Source of the DNA: Ruminococcus turbiniformis
GTDB lineage: Bacteria; Bacillota; Clostridia; Lachnospirales; Lachnospiraceae
Direction: 5' to 3'
Assembly (NCBI RefSeq): GCF_020687545.1
Contig: NZ_JAJEQX010000017.1
Span: 33,023-57,022, forward strand
Length of the DNA stretch: 24,000 nt
Shown here: one piece after another, positions 1 to 8,519 of the stretch
Numbering within the stretch: the first letter of the stretch is position 1
Layout: the number at the start of each line of letters is the position of its first letter
The notes under the pieces: generated by a model
What the model was told of the DNA's origin: nothing
Databases searched by the model: none
What the model saw: the letters and a program-made list of their open reading frames with translations, nothing else
Position numbers and translations under genes: made by a program

Positions 1-130
1 CATTTACACCGATCACCTCGAACTCGCAGTCTTTCATTTCTTCCATCACTCTGCACAGTTCCCTGTAAAAAACGGGAAACGCCTCCTGCTCGTTGTAGCA
101 GGGAACTATCACTGTTATCCGTTCTTTCAT
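1..130 (-). CDS. Glycosyltransferase family 2 (DPM/polyprenyl-phosphate mannosyltransferase-like), N-terminal part only; continues beyond window start
   Basis: Reverse complement from ATG at 130..128 reads MKERITVIVPCYNEQEAFPVFYRELCRVMEEMKDCEFEVIGVN, the typical GT2 N-terminus (VIVPCYNE...). Start overlaps the stop of the upstream ORF (ATGA at 130..127). Confidence 0.85.
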   Translation of the reverse strand, partial: MKERITVIVPCYNEQEAFPVFYRELCRVMEEMKDCEFEVIGVN

Positions 131-507
131 ATCATCTCTCCGATTTCTGCCGCCCTTTGAATCTTCTTTCCCTTTTCCGCCAGAACCTGTATTCCCATTC
201 CGGCAAGCATAAACACACTGATCTGTACGAAATAGACATATCTCGGCTGGATCTCAATCAGCAGATACACGCCGAACGTGACAAACACCTGGTTTATCAG
301 GATGAGCACGTTTTCCGGGCGTTTCTTTCCCGCGCGGCTCTTCCTTATAAGCGCGGCAGTGCCGGCCGCCGCCAGAATATAGGAGAGGAACTGTCCCCAT
401 GTCTCATATTTGTCCAGCCAGGCGCGGAATTTCTGAACCACAGCGTTGTTTTCATCCAGATGTCCGAAGCTCCAGCCAAGCGGAGACGTATTCCTGCCGT
501 TCGTCAT
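127..507 (-). CDS. Small multi-TM membrane protein, possibly a C-terminal remnant of a GT39/PMT-like mannosyltransferase
   Basis: 126-aa ORF with hydrophobic helices and 'IEIQPRYVYFVQISVFMLAG', resembling the C-terminal TM segment of large glycosyltransferases. In-frame TGA lies just upstream of the ATG. Stop overlaps the downstream GT2 start. Confidence 0.45.
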   Translation of the reverse strand: MTNGRNTSPLGWSFGHLDENNAVVQKFRAWLDKYETWGQFLSYILAAAGTAALIRKSRAGKKRPENVLILINQVFVTFGVYLLIEIQPRYVYFVQISVFMLAGMGIQVLAEKGKKIQRAAEIGEMI

Positions 508-646
508 TTTTTCTCATTCTGACAGAAAATCATAATTGTATAGCGCCAGTATACACCGGCGCTGCCTTGGGGGCTGAAACATGTATTATCGGGAACGGAT
601 CCAAGTATTAAGAAAAGGCAGTAATATAACTCAGACTGACAAAAAT

Positions 647-698
647 AAAAAGGGAGATCATCCAGCAGAAACACATCTGCGGTGATCCCCCTTTTTTA
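647..698 (-). terminator. Rho-independent terminator downstream of the fucO-like gene (possibly bidirectional)
   Basis: AAAAAGGGAGATCAtcCAGCAGAaacacaTCTGCGGTGATCCCCCTTTTTT forms a long stem with A/T tracts on both sides. Confidence 0.8.
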
Positions 699-713
699 TG
701 CCGGTTTCCGGCG

Positions 714-1865
714 TTACATAATCTTCCGGAAGAGATCTTTAAGATCCTCCACGCTTGCGTCTTTCGGGTTACCCGGTGCGCACGCGTCAGCATATGCGGA
801 CTCCGCGAGGAACGTAAGATCCTCCTCTTTGATAGCGTCCAGTTTTGTCGGAATTCCCACGTCAACAGAGAGCTGGCGTACCGCATCAACAGCAGCCTTT
901 CTGTATTCTTCCACAGACATGCCGTCCACGCCTTTTACTCCCATTGCTCTGGCAATCTCGCGGTATTTCTCTCCTGTGCAGTCTGCGTTGTACTCCATCA
1001 CGATCGGGAGCATCATCGCGCAGGCAACACCGTGAGGCGTATCATACACCGCGCCCAGCGTATGTGCCATGGAGTGAGCGATTCCAAGACCTACGTTTGA
1101 GAATCCCATTCCTGCAATATACTGTCCGAGAGCCATTCCGTCGCGCCCCTCTTTCTCGTTCGCCACAGCGCCTCTTAACGATCTGGAGATAATCTCAATG
1201 GCCTTTAAGTGGAACATATCTGTCATCTCCCAGGCAGCCTTTGTCGTATATCCCTCAATGGCATGTGTCAGAGCGTCCATTCCGGTGGAAGCGGTAAGCC
1301 CTTTCGGCATGGATGCCATCATATCCGGATCAACAATGGCGATAACCGGCATATCATGGGGATCTACGCACACAAATTTTCTTTTCTTCTCTACGTCTGT
1401 GATTACATAATTGATCGTAACCTCGGCAGCTGTTCCCGCTGTCGTCGGAACCGCGATGATCGGCACGCACGGATTCTTTGTCGGAGCCGTTCCCTCAAGG
1501 CTTCTTACATCCTCGAACTCCGGATTCGCGATAATGATTCCGATCGCTTTCGCCGTATCCATGGAAGAACCGCCGCCGATGGCGATAATATAATCAGCTC
1601 CCGCATCTTTAAACGCCTGTACACCATGCTGCACGTTCTCGATTGTCGGGTTTGCCTTGATATCGGAATAAATTTCATAAGCAAGGTTTTCCTTGTCAAG
1701 TACATCAGTTACTTTCCCTGTCACACCGAACTTAATCAGATCCGGATCTGAGCAGACAAAGGCTTTTTTGTACGCTCTTGCCTTCGCCTCTGTGGCGATC
1801 TCGCAGATTGCGCCTGCGCCGTGATACGACGTTTCGTTTAACATGATTCTGTTTGCCATTTTCAT
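714..1865 (-). CDS. fucO: Iron-containing alcohol dehydrogenase, lactaldehyde reductase (FucO) like
   Basis: 383 aa; GGGSSMDTAKAIG NAD-binding motif, 'AVPTTAGTAAEVT', 'GMDALTHAIEGY' and 'GIAHSMAHTLGAVYDTPHGVACA' Fe-ADH signatures. Confidence 0.9.
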   Translation of the reverse strand: MKMANRIMLNETSYHGAGAICEIATEAKARAYKKAFVCSDPDLIKFGVTGKVTDVLDKENLAYEIYSDIKANPTIENVQHGVQAFKDAGADYIIAIGGGSSMDTAKAIGIIIANPEFEDVRSLEGTAPTKNPCVPIIAVPTTAGTAAEVTINYVITDVEKKRKFVCVDPHDMPVIAIVDPDMMASMPKGLTASTGMDALTHAIEGYTTKAAWEMTDMFHLKAIEIISRSLRGAVANEKEGRDGMALGQYIAGMGFSNVGLGIAHSMAHTLGAVYDTPHGVACAMMLPIVMEYNADCTGEKYREIARAMGVKGVDGMSVEEYRKAAVDAVRQLSVDVGIPTKLDAIKEEDLTFLAESAYADACAPGNPKDASVEDLKDLFRKIM

Positions 1866-1953
1866 CAGTCTCCTTCTTTTTTTCGTATTGGCCTGTACCA
1901 GCCGATCTGACTATATTTTAACAATCTTTGCGGCAAATAGAAAGTTACAAAGA

Positions 1954-1985
1954 GGCTGATCTGTCACATTTCGCACAGATCAGCC
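1954..1985 (-). terminator. Hairpin between the TetR-family gene and fucO
   Basis: Perfect 11-bp arms GGCTGATCTGT / ACAGATCAGCC with a 10-nt loop, followed on the minus strand by TCTTTG (weak T-tract). Confidence 0.6.
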
Positions 1986-2019
1986 CCCCTGCTTATATCC
2001 ATTTTATATTTATACTGTT

Positions 2020-2592
2020 CTATATCAGTTCCAGTCTTCTGAATACTTCTTCCAGCTCAGATGGCATCGCGTCCACGAGAGCCCCCGCCATCTGTTCCGG
2101 TGTTCCCTTCGTCTTTCCGAGAACCCACTGAACAGTCATATAGATCGAACCCTGGCAGTACATCTCAAGCAGAAATCTCAGATGATCCGACATTTTCCTT
2201 CCTGTCTTCCCCTCGATCCGCTCCGTGTAAAACTTAAGGATCAGATGGAAATCATGCTCCCTGAGACTGTTCTGAGCGTCGTTTTTGAAGGCGGCCCTGA
2301 AAAACAGTTTCTCATCCTCAATGTAGTGAAACTTGTTCACCAGTCCTTCATAGACGGTCCTGCCCTCTCCCATATGTTCAAACGATTCCTGAAGAATCTT
2401 ATCAAAATACCAGTTAATCAGATCATATTTATCCTGGAAATTGCGGTAAAACGTCTGTCTTGTCGTTCCGCACTCCTCCGCGATCTCTCTTACCGTGATC
2501 TTCTCTACCGGCGAGCGCCTCATGCATTCTTTCATTGCATTGGCGAGGCGGTATTTCATCTTTTCATTTGTTCTGCTCTGTATCTCTTCCAT
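2020..2592 (-). CDS. TetR/AcrR family transcriptional regulator (DhaS-like)
   Basis: Start chosen at the internal Met (MEEIQSRTNEKMKYRLANAMKECM...); HTH 'KITVREIAEECGTTRQTFYRNFQDKYDLINWYF' and a C-terminal domain like that of DhaS-type regulators. Confidence 0.85.
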   Translation of the reverse strand: MEEIQSRTNEKMKYRLANAMKECMRRSPVEKITVREIAEECGTTRQTFYRNFQDKYDLINWYFDKILQESFEHMGEGRTVYEGLVNKFHYIEDEKLFFRAAFKNDAQNSLREHDFHLILKFYTERIEGKTGRKMSDHLRFLLEMYCQGSIYMTVQWVLGKTKGTPEQMAGALVDAMPSELEEVFRRLELI

Positions 2593-2703
2593 CGGCTCTG
2601 CCCTGCCTCTCCTTTCATCATGCAGGAAAAACAGGGCTTTTGTCAAGTTTCTTTTCAAAATCCTGTATCAGCATTGCTGCGGATTCTGCCCCGCATACAC
2701 CTC

Positions 2704-4071
2704 TTACTGCTGAGCATCCGCCGCTGATCCCAGGGTGATGCTGACCGTCTGCTCCGCGTATTCGCCGTTGTCAGAGCGCTGAATCACTACATCCACAGTC
2801 TCGTCTGCCGCATAATACTGAAGCACGTCTTTTAACTGTGTCATATTGTTGACCGTCCTGCCATCCAGCTGAGTCAGAATATCGCCTTGCTGGAGTCCTG
2901 CCTCGTCAGCCGGTCCCCCCTCTACGACTTCCGCGATGACTACACCTGTCGGGATTCCGTACAGCTCCGTTACATCGGATGTAACATCTGATCCCTGGAT
3001 TCCGAGATAGGACGCCTGATCCTCGCTTACTTTCTCTCTCGTCTCAAGGCTCATCAGCTGCTGGAGGCTCTCCTCCGCCTTGTCGATCGGGATCGCAAAT
3101 CCCACATTGTCCACACTTGCTCCCGAGGAGGAAGAAGAAGTCTTCGCCTCGTTAATGCCGATCAGTTCGCCTTTCATATTCAGAAGTGCTCCGCCGCTGT
3201 TTCCAGAGTTGATCGCCGCATCGGTCTGAATCAGGCCTGTGGATGTAATTGTAGTGCCGCTTTCATATGTCAGTGTCAGATCACGGTCTAATGCGCTTAC
3301 ATAACCGCTCGTCACAGACTGTCCGTATCCAAGCGCATTTCCGATTGCGACGACCTGATCGCCGAGCGCCAGTTCATCGGAATTACCTATAGTGGCAATT
3401 TTGATCTGGTTCATCGTTTCATCCGAAATATCGGACAGTTTTACTGAAACAACCGCAAGGTCATTGTTCACATCTGTTCCCTTAATCTCCGCTTCCACAC
3501 TTGTCTCATCAATAAAACCTATGGAAACGTTCTGAGCCCCCTCCACAACATGGTAATTGGTTGCGATCAGAAGCTCTGTGTCATTCTGGCCTACAATCAC
3601 GCCTGTTCCGGCTCCCTGTACTTCATACTCCTGTGTTCCTCCGAAGAAGTTTCTCATCTCTTCTACTGACATCGTAGAGATTGTAACCAGCGACGGCATT
3701 GCGTTTTCTGCCACCTGTGAAACAGTCATCTCCGATGTACTGTCAGTAGATGATGCTGCCGTACCCTGTGAGTCTCCGCTGCTTCCAGCGGTTGTCGTCT
3801 GGGCAATCTGCTTTGTCCCGCTGTTTCCAAGAAGATAGTCCCCGGCGACATTGACTCCTACCATCGTACCGCCTGCGACAAGCCCAAACACAAGTCCCAT
3901 TGAGATGACTGCCGCCCATTTTTTTCCCGTTGTCATCGGTTTTTTCTCTTTTTTCTTTTCCGGTTTCTTATCGCCGTTTCCGTTCGGCTCCCCATCATTA
4001 AAGGGAGCGGATGTCATATTGTTGTCATTGTATCCGTTATATCCGTTATAATCATTAAATTGTTCACTCAT
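2704..4071 (-). CDS. htrA: HtrA/DegP-like S1C serine protease with one TM segment and a C-terminal PDZ domain
   Basis: 'ATNYHVVEGA', 'GTDVNNDLAVV' and 'TDAAINSGNSGGALLN' supply the His/Asp/Ser triad motifs. PDZ region 'GVVIAEVVEGGPADEAGLQQGDILTQLDG'. Start placed at MSEQFNDYNG. Confidence 0.93.
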   Translation of the reverse strand: MSEQFNDYNGYNGYNDNNMTSAPFNDGEPNGNGDKKPEKKKEKKPMTTGKKWAAVISMGLVFGLVAGGTMVGVNVAGDYLLGNSGTKQIAQTTTAGSSGDSQGTAASSTDSTSEMTVSQVAENAMPSLVTISTMSVEEMRNFFGGTQEYEVQGAGTGVIVGQNDTELLIATNYHVVEGAQNVSIGFIDETSVEAEIKGTDVNNDLAVVSVKLSDISDETMNQIKIATIGNSDELALGDQVVAIGNALGYGQSVTSGYVSALDRDLTLTYESGTTITSTGLIQTDAAINSGNSGGALLNMKGELIGINEAKTSSSSSGASVDNVGFAIPIDKAEESLQQLMSLETREKVSEDQASYLGIQGSDVTSDVTELYGIPTGVVIAEVVEGGPADEAGLQQGDILTQLDGRTVNNMTQLKDVLQYYAADETVDVVIQRSDNGEYAEQTVSITLGSAADAQQ

Positions 4072-4208
4072 AGTCTCTGCCTCTTTCCTTTCACGGATCT
4101 TCTTCCAGACCCTTTTCCTTTTTACATCTAATAACATAGACGCAAATTGTGACAGAATTATGAAAAAGTAAACAAAAAAATGTGATTGTTTTAACAGCGA
4201 CGGTCAGA

Positions 4209-4670
4209 TCACACGGTCTTCCCGTCCAGAATCAGAACATATTCTTCTTCCGGCGCGGTAATATCGCATCCGGTACACATTGCATCTCTCGGCTCGTACT
4301 CGATCCGCATAACCGGATCACTCTCCCCGATCTCATCACGGGAAAGATAAACCCGGATGTCCAGACTACGCGGCCATCCATTCACATCCGTCGAGAATCG
4401 AATTGTCCGGAAGGAATTCTCACGGCACATGTCTATTACTTCCAGAGCGAATTGTATCCGTTCTTCCCTGCTTCCCTGTACCTGCTCTTTGTCCGCGACA
4501 ACGATAAGCCTGCAGTCTCCCCCTTTGCATACGCTGCTCACCGCATCAGGCATCCCGGTATTTTCCTGCTGTGCCTTTTCCGGATTCTCACAGAGGACAC
4601 TGCCGGATAAGCAGAGGAGTACGGTGAAAAAGCAAAGAACAATAGACATGTACGCTGCTCTTTTCTTCAC
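4209..4670 (-). CDS. Small secreted or membrane-anchored hypothetical protein
   Basis: Signal-peptide-like VKKRAAYMSIVLCFFTVLLCLSGSVLC. A GTG start at 4670 is preceded by AAGGAGAG; the ORF is open upstream to 4709. Confidence 0.55.
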   Translation of the reverse strand: MKKRAAYMSIVLCFFTVLLCLSGSVLCENPEKAQQENTGMPDAVSSVCKGGDCRLIVVADKEQVQGSREERIQFALEVIDMCRENSFRTIRFSTDVNGWPRSLDIRVYLSRDEIGESDPVMRIEYEPRDAMCTGCDITAPEEEYVLILDGKTV

Positions 4671-4800
4671 TTTGTTGCCTCTCCTTGTATTTGCTCCTTT
4701 TTGTATCACTTTTACAACCGATTATATATGTTATGACATATAAAATCAATAAAATGATGCAAAAAACGAGACAATACACTGTATGGAGGAACTGAAAACT

Positions 4801-5052
4801 ATGCCGAAACCACTCTCAAAAACAGGAGAAAAGAACCTGATCAGCAGAAACCTGATTGAAATCAGAAAAAAGCGGAATTATTCACAGCGGCTTCTCGCCT
4901 ATCAGCTGCAGCTCAACGGATATGATATGGATAAAAACGTTATCACACGGATTGAAACGAACAAAAGATATGTCACGGATATTGAGCTGAAGGCGCTCTG
5001 CGAAGTTCTGGACGTCACTTATGAAGAGCTGATCGACGGAGAACAAATCTGA
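4801..5052 (+). CDS. Small XRE-family helix-turn-helix DNA-binding protein
   Basis: 'IRKKRNYSQRLLAYQLQLNGYDMDKNVITRIETNKRYVTDIELKALCEVLDVTYEELI' is a HTH_3/XRE domain. Start is at MPKPL (4801) or at the upstream ATG 4783. Confidence 0.8.
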   Translation: MPKPLSKTGEKNLISRNLIEIRKKRNYSQRLLAYQLQLNGYDMDKNVITRIETNKRYVTDIELKALCEVLDVTYEELIDGEQI

Positions 5053-5058
5053 TTAAAG

Positions 5059-5098
5059 AACACCTCCGGGGAGTCCATGCCCCGGAGGTGTTCTTTTG
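5059..5098. terminator. Strong bidirectional terminator between convergent genes
   Basis: Perfect 14-bp inverted repeat GAACACCTCCGGGG / CCCCGGAGGTGTTC with an 8-nt loop, followed by TTTTGT on the plus strand and TTTAAT on the minus strand. Confidence 0.85.
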
Positions 5099-5209
5099 TA
5101 CAGCGTTTTCCTCTGTACCATTTTTCTTTTGTACCTTTTTTGTGCCGGTTTTCCTTTTATACCGGTTTTTTGTGCCGTGTTTCCCACGGCCGGATAAAGC
5201 AGGAACCTC

Positions 5210-5464
5210 TCAGGCCAGACAGCCGCTGATTGCGCCCATCTGTGAATACGGAACAGTAAACACTCCTCCGTCTCCAGTAAAGCTGACTGATGTATCCTGA
5301 ATCATATTGTTCCCACTCCAGTTGTAATTCGCACCGCCTCTTGTGATGCCGCCTTCATCATAGTAAATGTACGCCACCTGATATCCGCCGTCGCCGCTGG
5401 CAGCGATGTTCTCGTCCATCTTCACACTGTAAACTTTCATTTTCGGTGTTTCCCAGTTTTTCAT
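5210..5464 (-). CDS. 84-aa small peptide of unknown function, leader-like N-terminus
   Basis: MKNWETPKMKVYSVKMDENIAASGDGGYQVAYIYYDEGG...GAISGCLA, starting at an ATG (5464) preceded by the perfect Shine-Dalgarno GGAGGTGAT. Confidence 0.75.
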   Translation of the reverse strand: MKNWETPKMKVYSVKMDENIAASGDGGYQVAYIYYDEGGITRGGANYNWSGNNMIQDTSVSFTGDGGVFTVPYSQMGAISGCLA

Positions 5465-5647
5465 TCTAATCACCTCCGTTTTTTTAAGTATATATCTACC
5501 TATAGACAATAACACATAATTCGTGAGCAGTCCATATGTTCACGACACAATTTTCATATTTTCAGATTTTACATTCTGCCATGATTATCCCGTCTTTTTT
5601 AATCAGGGCCTTCCGTTCATCAGAGCAGCCCCGTCAGTGCGTATAAC

Positions 5648-5678
5648 AAAATCCCGGCTCTGAGCAAGCCGGGATTTT
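5648..5678 (-). terminator. Terminator of ppdK
   Basis: AAAATCCCGGCT / AGCCGGGATTTT perfect stem with a 7-nt loop, located 29 nt past the ppdK stop. Confidence 0.85.
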
Positions 5679-5707
5679 ATTTATTTCGTCACTATATTGT
5701 TTCCAGA

Positions 5708-8341
5708 CTAAGCATTCTTTCTTGCGATCGCTGCCTGAGCCGCTGCCAGTCTTGCGATCGGCACACGGAACGGTGAGCAGGATACATAGTCAAGTCCAAT
5801 GCTGTCACAGAACTCTACAGAGCTCGGATCTCCGCCGTGCTCGCCGCAGATACCTACGTGCAGGTTCGGATTAACCGGCTTGCCAAGTTCGATTGCCATC
5901 TTCATCAGCTTGCCAACGCCAACCTGATCCAGTTTTGCGAACGGATCGTTCTCAAAGATCTTAGCGTCATAGTATCCATCAAGGAACTTGCCAGCGTCAT
6001 CACGGGAGAAGCCGTATGTCATCTGCGTCAGGTCGTTTGTACCGAAGCAGAAGAAGTCAGCCTCTGTTGCGATCTCATCAGCTGTAAGGGCTGCTCTCGG
6101 GATCTCGATCATTGTACCAACCTCATACTTCAGGTCGCTGCCTGCCGCTGCGATCTCAGCGTCTGCTGTCTCAACAACAAACTTCTTCACATATTTAAGC
6201 TCTTTGATATCGCCAACAAGCGGGATCATGATCTCCGGTGTTACAGCCCAGTCCGGATGAGCTTTCTTTACGTTGATTGCCGCACGGATAACAGCCTTTG
6301 TCTGCATTACCGCGATCTCCGGATATGTCACTGCCAGACGGCATCCGCGGTGACCCATCATCGGGTTGAACTCATGAAGTCCATCGATGATCGCTTTGAT
6401 CTGCTCAACAGTCTTGCCCTGAGCGTCAGCCAGTTTCTTGATATCCTCTTCCTCTGTCGGAACGAACTCGTGAAGCGGCGGATCAAGGAAACGGATTGTA
6501 ACCGGGTTGCCCTCAAGAGCCTCGTACAGAGCCTCGAAGTCGCCCTGCTGCTCCGGAAGGATCTTCTCAAGTGCAGCTTCTCTCTCTTCCTTTGTCTCAG
6601 CGCAGATCATCTCACGGAATGCATCGATTCTGTTGCCCTCAAAGAACATATGCTCTGTACGGCAAAGTCCGATACCCTCAGCTCCGAGCTCACGTGCTTT
6701 CTTTGCGTCAGCCGGTGTATCTGCGTTTGTACGAACTTTCATTGTTCTGTATTTGTCAGCCCATGCCATGATACGTCCGAACTCTCCGGCGATCGTAGCG
6801 TCAACTGTCGGAATGATTCCATCATAAATGTTACCTGTGGATCCGTCGATGGAGATTGCGTCTCCCTCGTGGAACTCTTTTCCATTCAGAGTGAACTTCT
6901 TGTTCTCCTCGTCCATGATGATATCGCCGCATCCGGATACACAGCATGTACCCATTCCACGTGCAACAACGGCTGCGTGAGATGTCATACCGCCGCGTAC
7001 TGTCAGGATACCCTGAGCGCTCTTCATACCTGTGATATCTTCCGGTGATGTCTCAAGACGGACAAGAACGACTTTCTCGCCTCTTGCAGCCCACTCTACC
7101 GCGTCGTCAGCAGTGAAGACGATCTTACCGCATGCAGCTCCCGGTGAAGCGCCGAGTGCTTTCCCCATCGGTGTAGCAGCCTTAAGAGCAGCAGCATCGA
7201 ACTGCGGGTGAAGCAGAGTGTCAAGGTTCCTCGGGTCGATCATAGCTACAGCCTCTTCCTCTGTTCTCATGCCCTCGTCAACAAGGTCGCATGCGATCTT
7301 CAGAGCAGCCTGAGCTGTTCTCTTACCGTTACGTGTCTGCAGCATGTACAGTTTGCCGTGCTCAACAGTAAACTCCATGTCCTGCATATCTCTGTAGTGT
7401 GTCTCCAGAGTCTTGCACACTTCTTTGAACTGTGCGAAAGCTTCCGGGAATTTCTGCTCCATCTCGGAGATGTGCATCGGTGTGCGGACACCTGCAACAA
7501 CGTCCTCACCCTGTGCGTTTGTAAGGAACTCACCGAAGAGTCCGTTTGCTCCTGTAGCCGGGTCACGTGTGAACGCAACACCTGTACCGCAGTCGTCTCC
7601 CATGTTTCCGAACGCCATCATCTGTACGTTGACAGCTGTTCCCCAGGAATACGGAATATCATTATCGCGGCGGTATACATTTGCTCTCGGGTTGTCCCAT
7701 GAACGGAATACAGCCTTTACAGCTCCCATCAGCTGCTCTTTTGCGTCAGACGGGAAGTCTGTACCGATCTTCTCTTTGTATTCAGCCTTGAACTGCTCTG
7801 CAAGTGTCTTCAGATCGTCAGCATCAAGCTCAACATCCTGCTTAACGCCTTTTTCCTCTTTCATCTTGTCGATCAGTTCCTCAAAATATTTCTTGCCGAC
7901 TTCCATAACAACGTCAGAGTACATCTGGATAAATCTTCTGTAGCAGTCCCAAGCCCAACGCGGGTTTCCTGATGCTTCAGCCAGAGTCTCAACAACTTCC
8001 TCATTCAGTCCCAGGTTCAGGATTGTATCCATCATACCCGGCATGGAAGCTCTTGCACCTGAACGAACGGAAACAAGAAGCGGATTTTCCTTATCTCCGA
8101 ATTTCTTTCCTGTGATCTCTTCCAGTTTTGTCATGGCGTCCATGATCTGTCCCATGATCTCGTCATTTATCTGTCTGCCATCCTCATAATACTGAGTACA
8201 AGCCTCTGTTGTCACAGTGAATCCCTGCGGTACCGGGAGTCCAAGGCCTGTCATCTCTGCCAGGTTTGCGCCTTTGCCACCAAGAAGGTTTCTCATATTT
8301 GCGTTACCTTCTGTGAACATATAAACCCATTTTGTTGCCAT
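5708..8341 (-). CDS. ppdK: Pyruvate, phosphate dikinase
   Basis: 877 aa; 'GGKGANLAEMTGLGLPVPQGFTVTTEAC', 'GGMTSHAAVVARGMGTCCVSGC' phosphohistidine motif, 'GTNDLTQMTYGFSRDDA' and 'HVGICGEHGGDP'. Confidence 0.98.
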   Translation of the reverse strand: MATKWVYMFTEGNANMRNLLGGKGANLAEMTGLGLPVPQGFTVTTEACTQYYEDGRQINDEIMGQIMDAMTKLEEITGKKFGDKENPLLVSVRSGARASMPGMMDTILNLGLNEEVVETLAEASGNPRWAWDCYRRFIQMYSDVVMEVGKKYFEELIDKMKEEKGVKQDVELDADDLKTLAEQFKAEYKEKIGTDFPSDAKEQLMGAVKAVFRSWDNPRANVYRRDNDIPYSWGTAVNVQMMAFGNMGDDCGTGVAFTRDPATGANGLFGEFLTNAQGEDVVAGVRTPMHISEMEQKFPEAFAQFKEVCKTLETHYRDMQDMEFTVEHGKLYMLQTRNGKRTAQAALKIACDLVDEGMRTEEEAVAMIDPRNLDTLLHPQFDAAALKAATPMGKALGASPGAACGKIVFTADDAVEWAARGEKVVLVRLETSPEDITGMKSAQGILTVRGGMTSHAAVVARGMGTCCVSGCGDIIMDEENKKFTLNGKEFHEGDAISIDGSTGNIYDGIIPTVDATIAGEFGRIMAWADKYRTMKVRTNADTPADAKKARELGAEGIGLCRTEHMFFEGNRIDAFREMICAETKEEREAALEKILPEQQGDFEALYEALEGNPVTIRFLDPPLHEFVPTEEEDIKKLADAQGKTVEQIKAIIDGLHEFNPMMGHRGCRLAVTYPEIAVMQTKAVIRAAINVKKAHPDWAVTPEIMIPLVGDIKELKYVKKFVVETADAEIAAAGSDLKYEVGTMIEIPRAALTADEIATEADFFCFGTNDLTQMTYGFSRDDAGKFLDGYYDAKIFENDPFAKLDQVGVGKLMKMAIELGKPVNPNLHVGICGEHGGDPSSVEFCDSIGLDYVSCSPFRVPIARLAAAQAAIARKNA

Positions 8342-8519
8342 GTTCCAATGACCTCCTCAAAAATATTGCAAATATTTTCCTTATGATTCGCATATAATAT
8401 TCTAATGGTTTTAAACACACGCGTCAAGCGTTTTATCTGGAAATATGCACATTCTTTATCACAAAATATGCCCGTTTTCCGCGAGCTGTCTGTTTTCTTT
8501 CAGCGCCCAAAATCATATA

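Noticed and set aside
541-563. Small AGCGCC/GGCGCT hairpin upstream of the 126-aa ORF
   Set aside because: Only a 6-bp stem with no T-tract or conserved context; too weak to call as a functional element.
5088-5300. 70-aa plus-strand ORF MFFCTAFSSVPFFFC...
   Set aside because: Translation of the T-rich repeat tract and terminator region; Phe/Pro/Val low complexity with no supporting signal.
5837-7048. 403-aa plus-strand ORF antisense to ppdK
   Set aside because: Lies entirely opposite a clear ppdK coding sequence. The Cys/Leu/Val-rich translation without domain motifs is typical of an antisense shadow ORF.
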